The notes under the pieces are model-generated. The model ran no database searches. It worked only from the letters and a program-made list of their open reading frames with translations, and was not told where the DNA came from. A stretch of DNA of 64,000 nt from Octopus vulgaris (taxonomy: Eukaryota). Made by a program: the position numbers and the translations under genes. This document shows, piece by piece, positions 52,285 to 64,000 of the stretch (its first letter is position 1; every line of letters starts with the position of its first letter). The DNA is taken from the NCBI GenBank assembly GCA_951406725.2, contig OX597819.1, positions 104,098,001-104,162,000 on the forward strand, written 5' to 3'.

Positions 52285-52550
52285 AGACTATGTGAGGGCA
52301 CTTGACCTAGTGCACTCACGATCGCAAGATCGTGGTTTCAATTCCTGGACCGGGTAGTGAATCGTGTTCTTGAATAAAGTACTTCATCTCACATTACTCT
52401 GCGATCGCTTCAAAACTTGACGTGTGGTTGATTTGACGGAGAGAGTAAGCAAATGTACAACACATACATTTGATCAATATAAATGAATTATTTGAACAGG
52501 TTGTTCAGCAAGAAATTGCAGGATCATCATTCTTGTACTACGAGAGACTA
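52285..52550 (+). mobile_element. tRNA-derived SINE of a third family, diverged
   Basis: B-box-like ggtttcaattcc followed by gtgttcttgaataaagtactt, a SINE central-domain-like motif. Confidence 0.55.
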
Positions 52551-53450
52551 CCATCATCACATCCGACTATCTGCACATAAGTCATTAGTTAAAATCTGCT
52601 GCCTTTCTGGCAAGAATACTCTATCATATATTGCCTCACTTCTGGAGCAGGTAACTTATGATCCTTTGTATATATATATGTATATGCGTTTATGAATAAT
52701 ACTTATATATTATGTCACACATGTCCCTTCAGTTAGGCTTATAATCAAAGGAGATTTATATTTGTACCAATTCAAAGTTATGTCGTTCATAATCAAAGCT
52801 GGATGTAATTACTGAAATCAGATAAGACGGGGGTTGAAAATGAATAAAATTACTAAGAATATTTATTCTTGTTGCTTAAAACGTTGTGCTGTGCATTAGA
52901 AATTTCAAAGATGGTGTTCCTTTTAATAGATTCCTTTCACCTGCTGTGCTACTCACCTTTTGGTTTCTTTACATCTTTAAAATGACTACAAACTTTTTGC
53001 ACATAAAATGCCGATTCAAATTGGGACTGAAATTCGTTTCCTGTCAGTACGATACAGAAAGAGTTAAAGGTAGATAAGAATCGACTCCAATCAGGACTTG
53101 TATTACACTTATCAATCTTAATAGGATAAAAACAAAACTGATCCCTGCAGAACAATTTCAACAAAGCAATCTATCAGATGCTCTAACGACTGTGCCACTT
53201 GGCCGCCTTGGTCAAGCAGTTTGTTCCTTGATGAAGACGGACATGTCATTGTAGTAAGGAGAGTTGAAACAAAAGAGAAGCAGAGACCCTTCGTAATCAT
53301 ATATAGTTCCTTCCGCTGGTAGATTCCACTTACCAAATGACTGGATCTGTGAATTGTATAATATTAAACGGACAGCGAATGCATGCATTTTTCAGTCTTC
53401 TACAACACACACACACACACGCACACTCACACATTCACACATATATATAT

Positions 53451-53527
<77 letters not shown>

Positions 53528-53528
<1 letters not shown>

Positions 53529-53724
53529 TTTATTTAAAGCAGCAGAACATTCAACAAAACCAGTTACTCAGAGTTTCCCGTTGCCTTTCATCGGACAGTT
53601 AGAAATAATTCTAACATATCTGTATAACTAGTAGATTAGGAGCAGTATATATAAATATATATAATATATATACGTATGTATATATATATACATGTGTATA
53701 TATATATATATATATATATACATA

Positions 53725-53768
<44 letters not shown>

Positions 53769-54612
53769 CTTACATATATATATATATATACATACTTACA
53801 TATATATATAGATACTTACATATACATTCATACATACCTACATACCCACCTATATACATACATATATTTCAGTGATTTAAAGATATTTATATTGTTATCT
53901 TTTAAAGCATATTTACTGATGTTTTTGAAGCATATATAAATATTTCAAAATTTTCAAACCGAAGTATATTTTTCATGCTTCTCTCTCTATATATATGTAT
54001 ATATAAATAAATAAATAAATATATATATATATATATATAATTTTTATATGTGTATATATATATACATATATGTATATACACATACATACAAACACACACA
54101 CACACAAGCACACTCACATATGCATACATATATATGCATTTATGCATATGCATAATACATATTAACAACACCCTAGAGATACGCTCTTCAGTATGATTCA
54201 TGTTTTCACAAGATTCCTAACATTAAGCAATAATTATATATACATATATATACATACATGCATACATACACAGATATGTACACACACAAATATATAAATA
54301 TATACATATATATAAATAAGTATATATATATATGCATATATGTATATACATATATATACATATACATACAACCATACATGCATATATATATATATATATA
54401 TATATACATACTTATATATTATATGATATTTATGTATATTTGAAACTTGCTGCAAATGATGAAAGTGACAAGCAATCAAGATAATTGCAATATGAAGAAA
54501 TAATTCTAACATATTTGTATAACTAGTAGATTAGGAGCAGTTTATATGTATGTATATATAAATATATATAATATACATACGTATGTATATATATATATAT
54601 ACATGTGTATAT
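53528..54612 (-). mobile_element. Non-coding PLE-related partial tandem (pLTR-like direct repeats 895 bp apart) with an HHR
   Basis: agaaataattctaacatat.tgtataactagtagattaggagcag at 53601 and 54496; 53530-53600 is homologous to 31870-31940. Confidence 0.7.
53561..53598 (-). ncRNA. Hammerhead motif, degraded, variant core CCGATGA
   Basis: ctgt-CCGATGA-aag-gcaa-cgg-GAAA-ctctgag-TA^actg; same helix III as 31893-31947, with mismatches in helices I and II. Confidence 0.6.
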
Positions 54613-54617
54613 ATATG

Positions 54618-54667
<50 letters not shown>

Positions 54668-55052
54668 ATACACTATTACTCATACTTGCACCTATGCTTA
54701 TATGTAATCGTGTGTGTGAGTGTGTGTGTGTAAAAAGTCACACATTTGTGCATGCACCCGTTTATACACATAGACAAGATAATATAAGGTATTACATTGA
54801 TAATGAAAAACAAAAAGAAAAAGGGGGGGAGAAAATAAAAAATAGAAGTGTAATTTTAATTCCTTTTCAGAGAATGAAATAATTTGAAAGACTAAAGAAA
54901 AAAAAAACCCAAAAAGCAAAAAAACAAGCGAGAAAACTTAAACTTAACGAAAGGAAAATAAACATAAAAAAGAGCAAAATGACACATGAAAAATCTAGAC
55001 ATCGAAAATATAATAAATGTTCCTCTTACCAGAAAAAAATTATATATATATA

Positions 55053-55119
<67 letters not shown>

Positions 55120-55120
55120 C

Positions 55121-55175
<55 letters not shown>

Positions 55176-55574
55176 CATGCATATGTATACACACACATAA
55201 TACATACATATATATATGTATGTATGTATGTGTGTATATATAGAGTTTCGCATTGCTATTTGTTTCAATTCTTTATTCATATTTACATTATAAATTATTT
55301 ACATATTTACAAATGCAAATTATTTGAAAGAGTTATTCATTCAAATGATAAATTCTTATAAAATGAATATTTATTCAAGTTTCTATAATTTTCTAATTTT
55401 TTTTGTCCATTTTTAGCAAATCTTTTGCTGTCTCCACCGCCTTTCACTCACCTGCCACTTCTTAAAATTGTTGTTATATGATTGTGGTGAGGATATGAGG
55501 TGGGGGGGTTTGTTGGTATAAATATTCATCGGACTGTCCCTCTCTAAGGCTAAAATTAACAAAACAAAATCCAG

Positions 55575-55619
<45 letters not shown>

Positions 55620-55696
55620 GCATAATCATGATCAGCACAATTCCATCATTATAACAAGCTATATTTTGATTAAAAAGTCGATATCCATGCGCACAT

Positions 55697-55727
<31 letters not shown>

Positions 55728-55878
55728 CATATAATTATACGTGTAAACACACACATATATATATATTTCATATATGTATATGAAATATATATAACTGTTC
55801 ATAAATATATATATATATAATGTATATATATATATATATAGATATATATGCATACATATATATATGCATATATATATA

Positions 55879-55926
<48 letters not shown>

Positions 55927-56603
55927 AAATAAAATAATATACATGCACACAAGCCACACACCTCTACAAGAGTTGCACACATGCACACACAGATGCACAC
56001 AACAACAGATATACACACTTACAGAATAATAGATACATCATATACACAAAATCAATTCATATTAAAAAACATCAACCACCATTTTGATAATATATCCGTT
56101 TGCAATCGCACATTCATACACACTCACACACGCATACACACATGCCCACAAACTTACACACACACGCACTCATACATGTATACATGCATGAACACATACC
56201 TCAATGACACGTGTTCAAAATTTTATCACATGACAAGCAAGATTTTGATAAAATTAACATTATAACTCCTTAAAGTTATTTATTCAAATATTCTCATTGT
56301 TCCCCCTCTTTCCCCTTACACAACCCACACTTTCATATAGTTCGAACTAGAAAACTCTCACCACTATTCCTGTCTCTAACACTCACTCCCCCCCTCAACC
56401 CCACCAGCTGGCATCCTTAAAATAGTTCTTAGTTTCATAGTCCAAATCAGATTATTTTCTACCCAGCTATTTTCCCATGGTTTAGGCTTCAGTTGTATTT
56501 GTCGATTGTCAGTTCAGCCCTTCTATGTTTTATGTGTGAATATAAATATTATTACGTAGATATGGACATATATAAGTGTACGTGGGAAGGTAAACATACA
56601 CAC

Positions 56604-56730
<127 letters not shown>

Positions 56731-59700
56731 GTATCGATATATGCATACATATACATATACACATGTGTGTATGTATATATATACATACATATATATATAT
56801 ATGTATATATGCATATATATGTGTGTGTGTGTGTGTGTGTTATGTGTGTGTGTGTATGCATGTAGGAGAAGACATGAGTTTCTAATTCATTTATCTTTCT
56901 CATCTATTGTCAGTCTTTTATTTTCATACTTAGCGATTTGTTAATAATATACCAACCTCCACCATGAATGTATACGTTCTCACCTCACTCCATCACCATC
57001 TTTCATCTCTTTCATATCTTATCATCAACACCATTTCCATCATTATCATCGGCATCGTTGTCGTTTTCATCGCCGAGATCTTCATGAAGAAGCTGATGAT
57101 GTGAATGATGACGATGATGATGAAGGTTAGATGGTGATGATGATGACGACCAAGATCATGATTATCATGATATTCCCTCCTCTTCATCATCATTACCACC
57201 ACGATCCTTCCGTCTCCTCCTCTGCCTCCACACAATCGACATCATTCTACTTTACATTCCGCCCTTTGCGCCTACACCATCACCACCACCACCACCACTA
57301 CCTTCATTATCATGATGAGTGGCCAACGTTACACTCAGTACGAACACAATTACACCATCTTTATTTATGATCATCACTCACAATCTATCCTCCATTTCTA
57401 CAACCATTTCAATCACAAACCCTACTACCATTATTCACACCAAACACACACACACACACACACACATATTATCTCCTGCCATTGAAAACGACAAGCTCCA
57501 CTTCCACTCCCCACCACCACGACTACAACCGCCACAATCACCACTACCGCCAATACTACTACAACTACAACAAAAACAACTACTATTACTACCACCGTCA
57601 CTACCACTACAACCAGCTTCTCTTCCTCCTCCACTCCATCCTCTCTTTCCCTCTCCTTCTCCCTTTCCTCCTCCTCCTTGTCCTCTACTACTACTACTAC
57701 TACCACCGGCAGCAGCGACACCACTAGTACCTCCACAATATCAGCAAAACATGAACAACACCACAAGAAGAACAACTACGACACCACTTCAACTACTACA
57801 ATTACCACCACCAACAAACATCATTACTAACACACCAACAACTACCACCACCACTAATAGAACAACTACTACTACTTCTATGACTAATACAACTACTACT
57901 ATTATAAACAACTCCACCATCACCACAATCACCACCACTATTTCACCTGCTACTACATCTCGCACAAACTCTACAACCACCACCACAACTACTAGCAGCA
58001 GCACCATCTCCATCAACACCACCATTTCCACATCACCACCACCATCATAGCCGCCACCATAGCTGCCACCATTACCACCTCCACAACAACATCAAAATAT
58101 CAAAATATCAAAATTTCATCATTTCGCAGCGTCACCTGCATGGTGTCTGCGGCAGAAGAGGAGACAACTGCTCCGAAATGCTGGCAGCTCACAGTCTAGG
58201 TACGAGGCACTGCAAACTGATTTAGGTGTGTCGATACCATTTGTATACAGTGAGAAATTTTCTCAATAACAAAACACAGTGAATAGTTTGTTCTCCAATT
58301 CGAACGTACCTCAAGCATATTTGAACTGGTAATAACATGGCATTTAGATAATCATTCGTGCTTGGAATTTTAAAGTATTTATCTCTTTAATTTATATGAC
58401 AATGGGTGGATTATAGCCTCGGCGGTTACGTGTGTGTAACGAACAATCAATGGTTGGCGGGGTTCCTGACAGTGAAAGTGACAAGTGAGTGGTTGTATCT
58501 TGATAAAGAGTAAATTTCTCAAGGGGCCTTGTTTACATCTATTATATACGATTATATATATCCTGCAAATATATATATATAAGATACACACACACACACG
58601 CACACACACATAGACACACACACACGCACTCACACGCACAGTACAGTGGCGCGCACACATACATATATGCACAATACAGGCGTACATAATACACACACAG
58701 ACACACGTACTCACACGCACAGTACAGAAGCGCGCACACATAATGCATACACACACACACAAATACATTCACATGTACACATACATATACATATACATAC
58801 ACACACATACATGCATGCATGCATGCATCCATCCATACATATATACATATGTATCTATACTCGTAGAAAGATTTGCTTTAATTAAAAATTATTAATGACA
58901 TCAAAATTCTTTAAAAAGACAACCCTGAAAGACGTTAACCTTTTGGAAGGAAGTTCTGGTAGTGTGTTAAGCGCTTTCGCTGTTTACAATTTTCAAACAC
59001 CAGTACTATGGCATAATTGGTATAGAGCAGGTTGTTTATCGTTGCAGTCTTGATTGTTTCTGGTTTAATTTCCGATTGAGAATTCTTATAAAGTATTCTA
59101 CTTTTGCCTTTCGTAGTAGATCCTTCTTCCTTTAGTTTGAAAAAGAAAAGATTCTGAATTTTCCATTTGCATTAATGCCAAGTTGTTTTATCATGAAACA
59201 TGTCTAAGAGACGAATCTTTGATTTGTTGCTTATGTACGGGAATCGGGTTCGAAGATGCTTAACGCCATTATTATAAAATTATACACCGGAAATGGGGCG
59301 AATTGCTTCAGGATTCCTTTGGTTTCGCATAGTTAGGTGATCTAGAGATTGTAGAATAGTGCTTTATTATAATTGAAAAGATATGATTTACTCTCATGGC
59401 GACACTTGGAAATCTTTTCGTAATTTCTATTTACAATTTCTGTTGTAGTTAATATTTGAGACCTCTCAGAGAGATTTCAAGGCTTCAGGGTAATGGCGGA
59501 CGTTTTCCTTACACAAGTTACTAACCTTGATATCTGCAACAGAATTACTCCATGTAAACAAACCCAAGGGTCAAGTGTTAAACTGGGTGATGAATTACGT
59601 CTATCACCTAGGAAAAAGTGCAACTTCTTTGATGAGCTTAAAGATAGATTCTGTGTGCGAAATTTCACATAAAGTTTTGGTTGATGTTAGGATATAGTAG

Positions 59701-60944
59701 ACGACACTTGTTCAAGTGTTACGCAATGGAGTCGAACACAAAACTACGTTGTTAAGCAAACATCTGAGTCACACCGCCACAGCTGCACCAATAAATTGTG
59801 GGTTGATGTTTATTTATTTAGACCAAAGAGCTAGCACCAGTAATTTGAATATGGGTTTTTCATCAATGATGATACTTCATAACAATCATTCGAAACTCAT
59901 TAGCAAGTGTCCACTCTAGAAATACTTCCGGTGTATCAAGCTTGAAGGAAATACTTACGAAAATACTTTGGACAGACAAAAAAAACACTCAACAACAATG
60001 TAACAGTTATCAAAAATATCCAGAACGTCAAGAGTTACCGTACCGTCTGTATCTTGCGAAAAACCATCATGGTCTTGTAAATTATTCTGTTTCTACAGCG
60101 AATCGAAACCGCATTTAAGCATTCATTTAAAAAAATCTATCTCTATACTATAACGAATAGCTACTTTGATTGATAGAAAAAATTAAATATAGTCAGGAAA
60201 TTATGTTTTTTCTTCGTCATTGGAGACACTTTGATAATAAAATTTTGTTTTTAAATTTTCTCTCTTGTATTTTTGTTTTATGTCCTAATCGCACACTTGA
60301 AAGATTTTCTTTAAAAATGTCAAAGTCTTGGTAACAGAAATTCCTTAGCGAAAAGTTTCTATCAAAGAGAAGCGAGTTTGGTACGAAATAATTTTGTTAT
60401 TTTTTGTGGTAACAAAAAGAAATTAGACGAGTTTTTTTAAACTGTCAAAGAGTGAAGAAAAATGGTTCAGTTTTAAAATTGGTTGGAGAAAATCTAGTTG
60501 AGATTGCAGCAATGCATGCCTTTGGAAATTATAATTGTAATGATAGGAGGAGGAAGAAGAGGAAGGAGGGGAGAAAGAGGAGGAGGAAGAAAAGGTGGAG
60601 GTTTCTATATTTCGTTGAAGTGAGATCAGGTAAATATCTAAGCAATAGTATCTGCTCAAGTTTGTCATATGTTTACACACAGACAGACACACACGCACAC
60701 ACACACACACACACACACTCACACATGCGCCTATGTATATGCTTGAATGCGTGTGTGTGTATGTGTGTACATGTTTTTGTGCTTGTGTAATTAAAGACTC
60801 ATATTTATGCAAACATTTGCGCACAAACCACACGCATTCACCGTGCGTGCGCACACATACAAATGTGTATACACACAAACATACACGCACACGCGCACAT
60901 ATATATACACATATATACGTACATACATGCATACACACATACAC

Positions 60945-60978
<34 letters not shown>

Positions 60979-61062
60979 GTATACATGCGAATGGTTTTTT
61001 TATAAACGGTGCCGTGTTTTACAATCCTCTAAATAATAATAATGGTATTTTTATATATGGTT

Positions 61063-61185
61063 AAAGCTTATGGCGATCACCGTGCATTGACTAAGGAAAA
61101 TAGTCTAATAAAGCGTCATATAAGCCCTCGACAGAAAAAAGAAGGCTTTCCTATCCGCGTGGGACTCGGAACAACATCCCTATGT
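61063..61185 (-). mobile_element. Second copy of the 13940-14110 repeat
   Basis: aagctta...gaaaatagtctaataaag..cataagccctcgacag...gggactcggaacaacatccct. Confidence 0.8.
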
Positions 61186-61364
61186 TTTATATATATATAC
61201 GTAAATTTAATTGCCATATCAAAGTGGCTATTCTATGTTACTACGAGTATAACCCCAGGTAGATCTTCCGCCAGCAATTATCGGTGCGACACTGCACTCT
61301 TTATATACAATATATATTGATAGCGGGAGAGCGAACCCCTACCATCCTATAGCAGAGAACAGGA

Positions 61365-61413
61365 TCGTGGGACTGACACAGTTTCGAGCTGGTTGGCTGA
61401 TCCTCATTTGCGA
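61365..61413 (-). ncRNA. Degenerate hammerhead motif, left arm
   Basis: tcgcaa-ATGAGGA-tc-agc-caacca-gct-c-GAAA-ct-gtgtc-ag-TC^ccacga. Confidence 0.5.
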
Positions 61414-61526
61414 GCAGCTGGTCACCAGAGCTATAGCCAGGGTCGGCTCCAGCGAGCAATATATTGTAAACTAAGTGGCAATTGGTTACTGATTTGCAAC
61501 AAGCTTTCACTCTGGTGACAAGGTGC

Positions 61527-61575
61527 TCGCGACTGAAGATATGACAACCAGCTCGAAACTAAGTCAATTTCGCGA
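61527..61575 (+). ncRNA. Degenerate hammerhead motif, right arm
   Basis: tcgcga-CTGAAGA-tatgacaaccagctc-GAAA-ct-aagtc-aa-TT^tcgcga; perfect 6-bp helix I, damaged helix II. Confidence 0.55.
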
Positions 61576-61624
61576 TCCTGTTGTCTGCTAGAGGATGGTA
61601 GGGATTCGCTCCTCCTGCTATATA

Positions 61625-62022
61625 TCTTTATATATAAAAGTGAAGTTGTGTGTCTGTCTCCTACGATTTAGATTCCTAACTACTCCCACATTTTGCGGTG
61701 CAGTTTAACCAAAACCGGGTATCTTATAGTCGTGATTCATATCGAGCCCTTCTGGGTATTAGCGCGCGTCTACGATGAGTCTACGATTTTTAAAAAAATT
61801 TACCATCATTTTTTTCCATTTTAATGCATTTTTTCACTATTATATAAGGAAAGTAACTCTCTAAAAATGTCTACGATGAGTCAACGATTTAAAAAAAAAT
61901 TTACCATCATTTTTTCCCATTTTTAATGTATTTTTTTGCTATTTTTTTGGCTATAACTCTCTAAAAATGCTTATATAGTTATTTCCCTTACAAACCCGAG
62001 CAACGCCGGGCGATACTGCTAG
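61625..62022 (+). mobile_element. Non-autonomous Helitron, family H1 copy 3
   Basis: A|TC...cccgagcaacgccggg-cgatactg-CTAG|T; near-identical to copy 2. Confidence 0.93.
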
Positions 62023-62260
62023 TATATATATAATAGGCTTCCACACAATTTGCGTTCATTATAGTAGAAAGCACTTGACCAAAATAAATGGTAAAAGATG
62101 TTTTCTCAAACTGTCACATAATGGGATCGAACACAGGATCTAGTGATTGCGAAGCGAACATCTTAACCATCCGGCCATATTGCGTTCTCGACAACAGCAG
62201 CAGCAGCAGCAACATCATCATCACATTCATCATCACCATCACCATCATCATCACCATCAC

Positions 62261-62337
<77 letters not shown>

Positions 62338-64000
62338 ACAACAACATCGAACTCACGAGCTTCAGCAGCAGTGAATGCATGAAACGATATGTTTGCTGGA
62401 GGCTGGTCAAACGCCCACTTCCCTAAAAATATGCATATGTATGCATAAGGTAACATATGCCAATACACTCATGCATGCATGTATTTACGTATGTGTGTGT
62501 GTGTGTGTGTGTGTTTTCTGTGTATCACGTATATTTGTCTTTTCCCACCTCCACCACAACCACCACCACTATGACATCAGTAGCATCGATATTGTCAATT
62601 TATGAGAAATGAAATCATACAAGTAGAAACTTGCAGAAAACCTCCTCAGGTTAACTTTATGAATAATAAAGACCAAGCTGGAACATTTATCAAACTTATC
62701 TTTTCTTGGCCCTTTCACATCTCACCGAACCTCACTGTCTGTATATATGTCTGTATGTGTATTTGTGTATGTGTGCATTTGCAAATTTGCGTATGCGTAT
62801 GCGTCTGTGTGTAGATGTGTATTTGTAACTTCCACTTCTTATGAAACCATGCATATGTATATATGTTTGTGTTTGTGTTTGTGTGTGTGTATGTGTGTGT
62901 GAGTGTGTGTGTGTACGCGGAGGTTTTACAGCTCAGCCTTCCACGATGTTTGTGTCTGTGCATATGTATACGTATTTGTGTCATGCGCATGTATATGTCT
63001 GTGCATATGTATGAATATACATGTGTGTATGCATATGTGTTTGTGTGTACATATATGCATATGTATTTGGGTATGCATAAGTGTGTGTGTGTGTGTATAT
63101 GTGCATATGCGTATATATTAGATATCAGCATACGTACATGTATGTATGTGTGCGTGTGTGTGTATGTATGTATGTGTCTGTAAATGTGTGTCCGTATATA
63201 TTTCTGTATATAAGCGTATGTGAATCTGTATTTGTATATGCGTTGTTATATGTACCTGTGAGTGTACGTGTGTGTGTGTGTACTTGTGTGTGTGTACTTG
63301 TGCCATTCATTTCACACCAAATCATATCTGTCTGTATATGTATGTATATTTGCGCCTGCATGCGTGTATGTGCGTTAGTAGGTGTGAGTATTTGTGACTT
63401 TTACATCTCACCAAACCATGTATGTGTATTTATGTATGTATGCATGTATGTAGTAAATTGTGTTCGTGTCTAGATGTGTGTTTACGTCTACGTGTCTGTC
63501 TGTATATTTTTGTGTGTGCATGTGTGCGTATATTTGTATATATTTGTACGTATTTATGGTTTGCACATCTTAGTAAACCCTTTGTTCCTCTGTGTGTGTG
63601 AGAGAGAGTTTGTGTGTGCGTGCGTGTGTGAGTGAGTGAGTGTGCGAGAATTTATGTGTTTGTGGGGCGTGTATAATTGTGTGTATATATGGCCTCTGTA
63701 TTTATGTTGCTTTGTGTTTTGTGAGAGTCTGAATACGTGCGCATGTTTAAGTATCACTATGTGTGATACTGCGTGTATATGTATATAAGTATATGTGTGC
63801 ATGAGTCAGTGTATATATGTCAACTGCATTTGTTTCTGAGTGTGTGTGTGTGTCTTTGTGGCTTTCCTTTATGTTTCTGCGTGTGTACGACTTTATGGGC
63901 ATATATATGTATGAATGTCTCAGTGTGTTATTTTGCATTTCTGTTGTATGTTTGTACATGTCTTTCAAATGTGAGAAAACCACATGACGTATATGACTGT

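Larger units (their letters stand above)
61321..61620. mobile_element. 300-bp fold-back element with about 110-bp arms, each carrying a degenerate hammerhead motif
   Basis: tagcgggagagcgaacccctaccatcc...gtcaccagag pairs with ctctggtgac...ggatggtagggattcgctcctcctgcta. Confidence 0.85.

Noticed and set aside
59620-59676. TTGATGA-gc...gc-GAAA hammerhead-like string
   Set aside because: Core out of register, 2-bp helix II and no repeat context; consistent with chance.

Overview
AT-rich, microsatellite-saturated non-coding eukaryotic DNA. The SINE families and repeat landscape strongly suggest an octopus (cephalopod) intergenic or intronic region; this is inferred from family recognition, not from a search. 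I found no convincing host protein-coding gene, and nearly all ORF-track entries are translated microsatellites. The real coding content is decayed transposons: a full-length mariner (15550-16822), other Tc1/mariner relics and MITEs, a 5'-truncated RTE LINE (37999-40642) plus a 3' fragment, Helitron non-autonomous copies and RepHel fragments, and a Penelope-like (probably Naiad-type) RT/GIY-YIG element (32577-34386) with an inverted pseudo-LTR. The most notable hidden layer is a set of about 10 hammerhead-ribozyme (HHR) motifs from several sequence-unrelated families. Most have a self-complementary helix III, some have a variant core or a very long helix II, and several sit in head-to-head fold-back cassettes. 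This points to a population of non-autonomous, Penelope-mobilised ribozyme elements. All structures were paired by eye; none was computed or tested.
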